Source: Candidatus Wolfebacteria bacterium (GTDB lineage Bacteria > Patescibacteriota > Minisyncoccia > UBA6257 > UBA9933). Taken from it: a DNA stretch of 36,343 bases. The stretch covers positions 1 through 36,343 of the forward strand of contig JAFGBB010000032.1 in assembly GCA_016933365.1 (NCBI GenBank). Direction: 5' to 3'. A program made the translations under genes and the position numbers. How positions within the stretch are numbered: position 1 is the stretch's first letter; every line of letters starts with the position of its first letter. Positions 33,940 through 36,343 of this stretch are shown piece by piece. The notes beneath the pieces were generated by a model. That model did no database searches, had not been told where the DNA came from, and saw nothing but the letters and a program-made list of their open reading frames with translations.

Positions 33940-34545
33940 ATGTTAAACAAAAACACAACTTTCATTTTTATAGATGCTTCAAATTTATGGGAAGCTCAGA
34001 AGGCTAAAGGTAAACTCTTTGATTTTGAAAAACTAAAAAAATTTCTTAAAGAAAAGTTTGATGCCACAGCTATAGAGTTTTTCTATTATTCCGCTTATCC
34101 AGCCGAAGGAACCAGGGATTACAGCACAGACGACAAGCATAAATTCTTCACTTTTCTTAAAAAGGGACTCGGATTTATTGTGCGTAAAAAAGAATTAAAA
34201 AGAATTAATGTTATTACAGAAGTCGGTCAATCAGTTGAAGAAAAGGGTAATATGGATGTGGAGATTACCATTGACTCTCTGCATCATATAAAAAAATATG
34301 ACACGGCCGTTTTTTTCTCGGGCGATTCTGATTTTTTGGCGTTAGTCGCTTATTTGCGTCGAAGAGGAAAGAAAGTTTTTATCTTTTCTTCTGAAAACAA
34401 TATTTCCAGAGAATTGCGAACCGGCGCCAACGGTTATTTTGACATATTAAAAATTGAGAATAATGTCTGGGGGAAAGACTTAAAACACCGAACAGATAAG
34501 TCCACCCGAAAACAAAGCAGCCCTCCGCAAGGAGGACTGCCCTAG
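33940..34545 (+). CDS. NYN/LabA-like (PIN-fold) ribonuclease-domain protein 2
   Basis: 201 aa. FIFIDASNLW, KGNMDVEITIDSL, and AVFFSGDSDFLALVAYLRRRGKKVFIFS (SGDSD at 34318-34332). The ATG lies 1 nt after the methylase stop. Confidence 0.75.
   Translation: MLNKNTTFIFIDASNLWEAQKAKGKLFDFEKLKKFLKEKFDATAIEFFYYSAYPAEGTRDYSTDDKHKFFTFLKKGLGFIVRKKELKRINVITEVGQSVEEKGNMDVEITIDSLHHIKKYDTAVFFSGDSDFLALVAYLRRRGKKVFIFSSENNISRELRTGANGYFDILKIENNVWGKDLKHRTDKSTRKQSSPPQGGLP
34517..34540 (+). other. GC-rich hairpin with GNRA loop inside the last codons of NYN gene 2
   Basis: gcag-cc-ctcc-GCAA-ggag-ga-ctgc, ending 2 nt before the TAG stop. Confidence 0.55.
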
Positions 34546-34556
34546 GATGTAATACC

Positions 34557-34580
34557 CTTTCAGTTATGGATAACCGAAAG
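34557..34580 (+). other. Hairpin in the NYN2 3' flank
   Basis: ctttcagttat-gg-ataaccgaaag: 11-bp arms with one mismatch. Confidence 0.5.
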
Positions 34581-34610
34581 ACATTATTAATGTAGCAAAA
34601 TCATAAACCT

Positions 34611-34733
34611 ATGTCAATAACGATATTAACAATTCTTGATAAATTAAATAACCATGACGGAGAATTGCCCGACGGCGTGGCGGAAAAGTTTATTGAATGG
34701 GCAAAAAAAGAGAAATTAAGTTTTTGGAAATAA
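34611..34733 (+). pseudogene. Remnant of a second HsdM-like C-terminus (open as a 40-codon ORF)
   Basis: MSITILTILDKLNNHDGELPDGVAEKFIEWAKKEKLSFWK. The last 26 residues are identical to the methylase C-terminus, and ILDKLNNHD resembles KLDKNGHFIINHDLHNQD of the full-length gene. Confidence 0.6.
34656..34733 (+). repeat. 78-bp direct repeat, copy 2
   Basis: 77/78 identical to 33861-33938. It is followed 4 nt later by the ATG at 34738. Confidence 0.9.
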
Positions 34734-34737
34734 AGTT

Positions 34738-36222
34738 ATGACCACAGACGATAAAGTATATTTTTCAGACATATTCGGCGTTAAACATACAGTGATTGAA
34801 AAGTATGGTGCTTTGGATATTTCTCTCGTTTGTGATAATCCCGCTTTTGTTGACCCATTTCTTATTTTTGCAAACTCAAAGTATAAAAATTTACATGACT
34901 TTATTATTGATTATCTTAAATTTTTAAAAGATTTATCGTTCAAAGAAGAAAAATTAAGTTCCGGAAACTTTAAACACTATTATAAATTCCCCGAAGTAAA
35001 ACAAGCGTGGTTAGGGTATTCAGTTGGTGGTAATGTGGGTTTAGGATTAGGAAAAGATTTTGCTGAATCACTTTACAAAAATTTACATAAAATATTTTCG
35101 CAGTTTGGTAACGAGAAAATTACTGAGTCTTCTCATCTTGAAAAATTATGCTTAGTTGAAGAAGGTGTAGGAGTAGACAAGATAAGCGATTTCACAATAA
35201 ATTTAGTTAAAAGATACTTACTAGATTACACACAAACATTTGCAAAAAAATATATTAACCAAAAATATCTAGCAAAATTTTCCATACGAAAAGTAAATTT
35301 TGATTTTAAAAAAGGTATTTGGACCGATGAACAATTTATATTGCCAAAGCTCGAAAGAAAAAACAAAAAGGAGTTTGTGCTATTGATACCGCAAGAGATA
35401 TTAACAAAAGAAGATACATGGATTTCAAAAAATGACTTCTTGAACAATGACACGGCTATTTTTAATACAATCGCAAATGATGAATTAAGAACAAAAATCA
35501 ATAAATTCTTTTTTGACAATTTAGCCGTAAAGCTAAATAAGAAAAAACAGTCGGAAAAAGATTATTCCAAAAAAAGCAAAAAAAATGCCTTAGTCAAAAC
35601 AGTCTGGGAATTTCCAGAGGTTCTGGATTATTACATAAAATATAAAGAGCTAAACAAAGATAATGCTCTAAAATATCACATTGCTGAACCGGAGTTTATA
35701 AATTTCTTTTCTGATGCTAGTGCTTTAAAAAATGAACTTAAAAAAGAGAAGTTTGATAAATTAACTTCTTTTGATGACTGCATTTCCAGAATTTTATTTT
35801 TTAAACAAAAACTTGAATCAAATAGTAATGATTTATATTTCAAAGACAAATCACTACAAGAAAAACATCTACGCTTGATGTTTAAAAATGTAACTTACGG
35901 AGCCTTATTTGACTATAATTCAGAAGTTAATAACGGGAGGGGACCAATTGATTTTCTTGTGTCTTATGGAAGCCAAGATAAAATTGGCTTAGAGTTAAAA
36001 CTAGCCTCTAACCCTAAACTAAAACACAATCTATTAAACCAAGGGGAAATTTGTCAAGAAGATAGTAATTTAAAGCATGTAATCAAAATAATATTCTATT
36101 TCTCAGATCAAGAATTGAGTAGGATAAATGATATTTTGAGAGAAATAAACAAATCGATTGACAATAAAGAAATTTTTGCCATTGATTGCCGAAAAAAAGT
36201 ATCCGCTTCTAATCAAAAATAA
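34738..36222 (+). CDS. Uncharacterised 494-aa protein with a C-terminal PD-(D/E)xK-like nuclease motif
   Basis: C-terminal GRGPIDFLVSYGSQDKIGLELKLAS (D405 at 35950, E419-x-K421 at 35992-36000) fits the PD...ExK pattern. The N-terminal ~380 aa contain no motif I can name. Confidence 0.5.
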   Translation: MTTDDKVYFSDIFGVKHTVIEKYGALDISLVCDNPAFVDPFLIFANSKYKNLHDFIIDYLKFLKDLSFKEEKLSSGNFKHYYKFPEVKQAWLGYSVGGNVGLGLGKDFAESLYKNLHKIFSQFGNEKITESSHLEKLCLVEEGVGVDKISDFTINLVKRYLLDYTQTFAKKYINQKYLAKFSIRKVNFDFKKGIWTDEQFILPKLERKNKKEFVLLIPQEILTKEDTWISKNDFLNNDTAIFNTIANDELRTKINKFFFDNLAVKLNKKKQSEKDYSKKSKKNALVKTVWEFPEVLDYYIKYKELNKDNALKYHIAEPEFINFFSDASALKNELKKEKFDKLTSFDDCISRILFFKQKLESNSNDLYFKDKSLQEKHLRLMFKNVTYGALFDYNSEVNNGRGPIDFLVSYGSQDKIGLELKLASNPKLKHNLLNQGEICQEDSNLKHVIKIIFYFSDQELSRINDILREINKSIDNKEIFAIDCRKKVSASNQK

Positions 36223-36224
36223 TT

Positions 36225-36343
36225 ATGCAATATTCAGTTGTAAAATTTAATGAGGTAAAAGATGTATTCAGATTTGACGCTGAATATTTTCACCCTACCG
36301 CTTTAAAATATGAAAACATCATCAGCTTACATAATGGAAAAAC
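36225..36343 (+). CDS. hsdS: Type I R-M specificity subunit (HsdS)-like, 5' partial
   Basis: MQYSVVKFNEVKDVFRFDAEYFHPTALKYENII. The FRFDAEYF(H/Q)P opening is typical of HsdS target-recognition domains. It starts 2 nt after the previous stop and runs off the window. Confidence 0.55.
   Translation, partial: MQYSVVKFNEVKDVFRFDAEYFHPTALKYENIISLHNGK

Noticed and set aside
1-36343. A search by eye for CRISPR arrays, tRNA/rRNA genes, transposases, integrases and retron-like RT genes.
   Set aside because: I saw no regularly spaced direct repeats, no cloverleaf-like G+C-rich 70-90-nt segments in intergenic DNA, and no ORF with DDE, tyrosine/serine recombinase or RT motifs. Absence should be confirmed with tRNAscan-SE, Infernal and ISEScan.

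Overview
AT-rich bacterial window. The gene content suggests a Patescibacteria/CPR-like genome (inference only): many small membrane-anchored proteins, an archaeal-type ProRS ending in Tyr, and a minimal two-gene SufC/SufB-like Fe-S module. Two accessory defence islands flank about 20 kb of mostly housekeeping, metal/redox and cell-wall genes. LEFT island (47-8928, visibly more G+C-rich than the centre): a radC-like JAB gene, a Type III R-M pair (mod, res) and a 1423-aa nuclease-NACHT/STAND NTPase, packed as one operon. A GC-rich non-coding scar follows (8929-9489). CENTRE: CYTH, MazG, RlmN and a membrane-anchored serpin. A CsoR/CstR-type repressor with a textbook operator sits upstream of thioredoxin, FTR-like, ferredoxin and SufC/SufBD genes. 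Then come a DUF5320-ferredoxin-CDF-DUF134 operon, M15 and tandem M14 peptidases, and ProRS. RIGHT island (29703-36343): a second diverged radC paralog directly followed by an NYN (PIN-like RNase) gene, then a YefM-RelE cassette, an HsdM-like N6-adenine methylase, a second NYN gene, a 494-aa protein with a C-terminal PD-(D/E)xK motif, and the start of an HsdS-like gene. The signals that ordinary annotation does not explain are these. (i) The TA cassette is bracketed by about 43-bp imperfect repeats and the second NYN cassette by a 78-bp repeat (77/78 identical), yet no recombinase gene is present. (ii) Both NYN genes end in GC-rich hairpins. (iii) radC paralogs head two different defence operons. 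(iv) An RNase-like gene and a nuclease-like gene lie between hsdM and hsdS, a PrrC-like position. By eye I found no rRNA, tRNA, CRISPR array, transposase or integrase.
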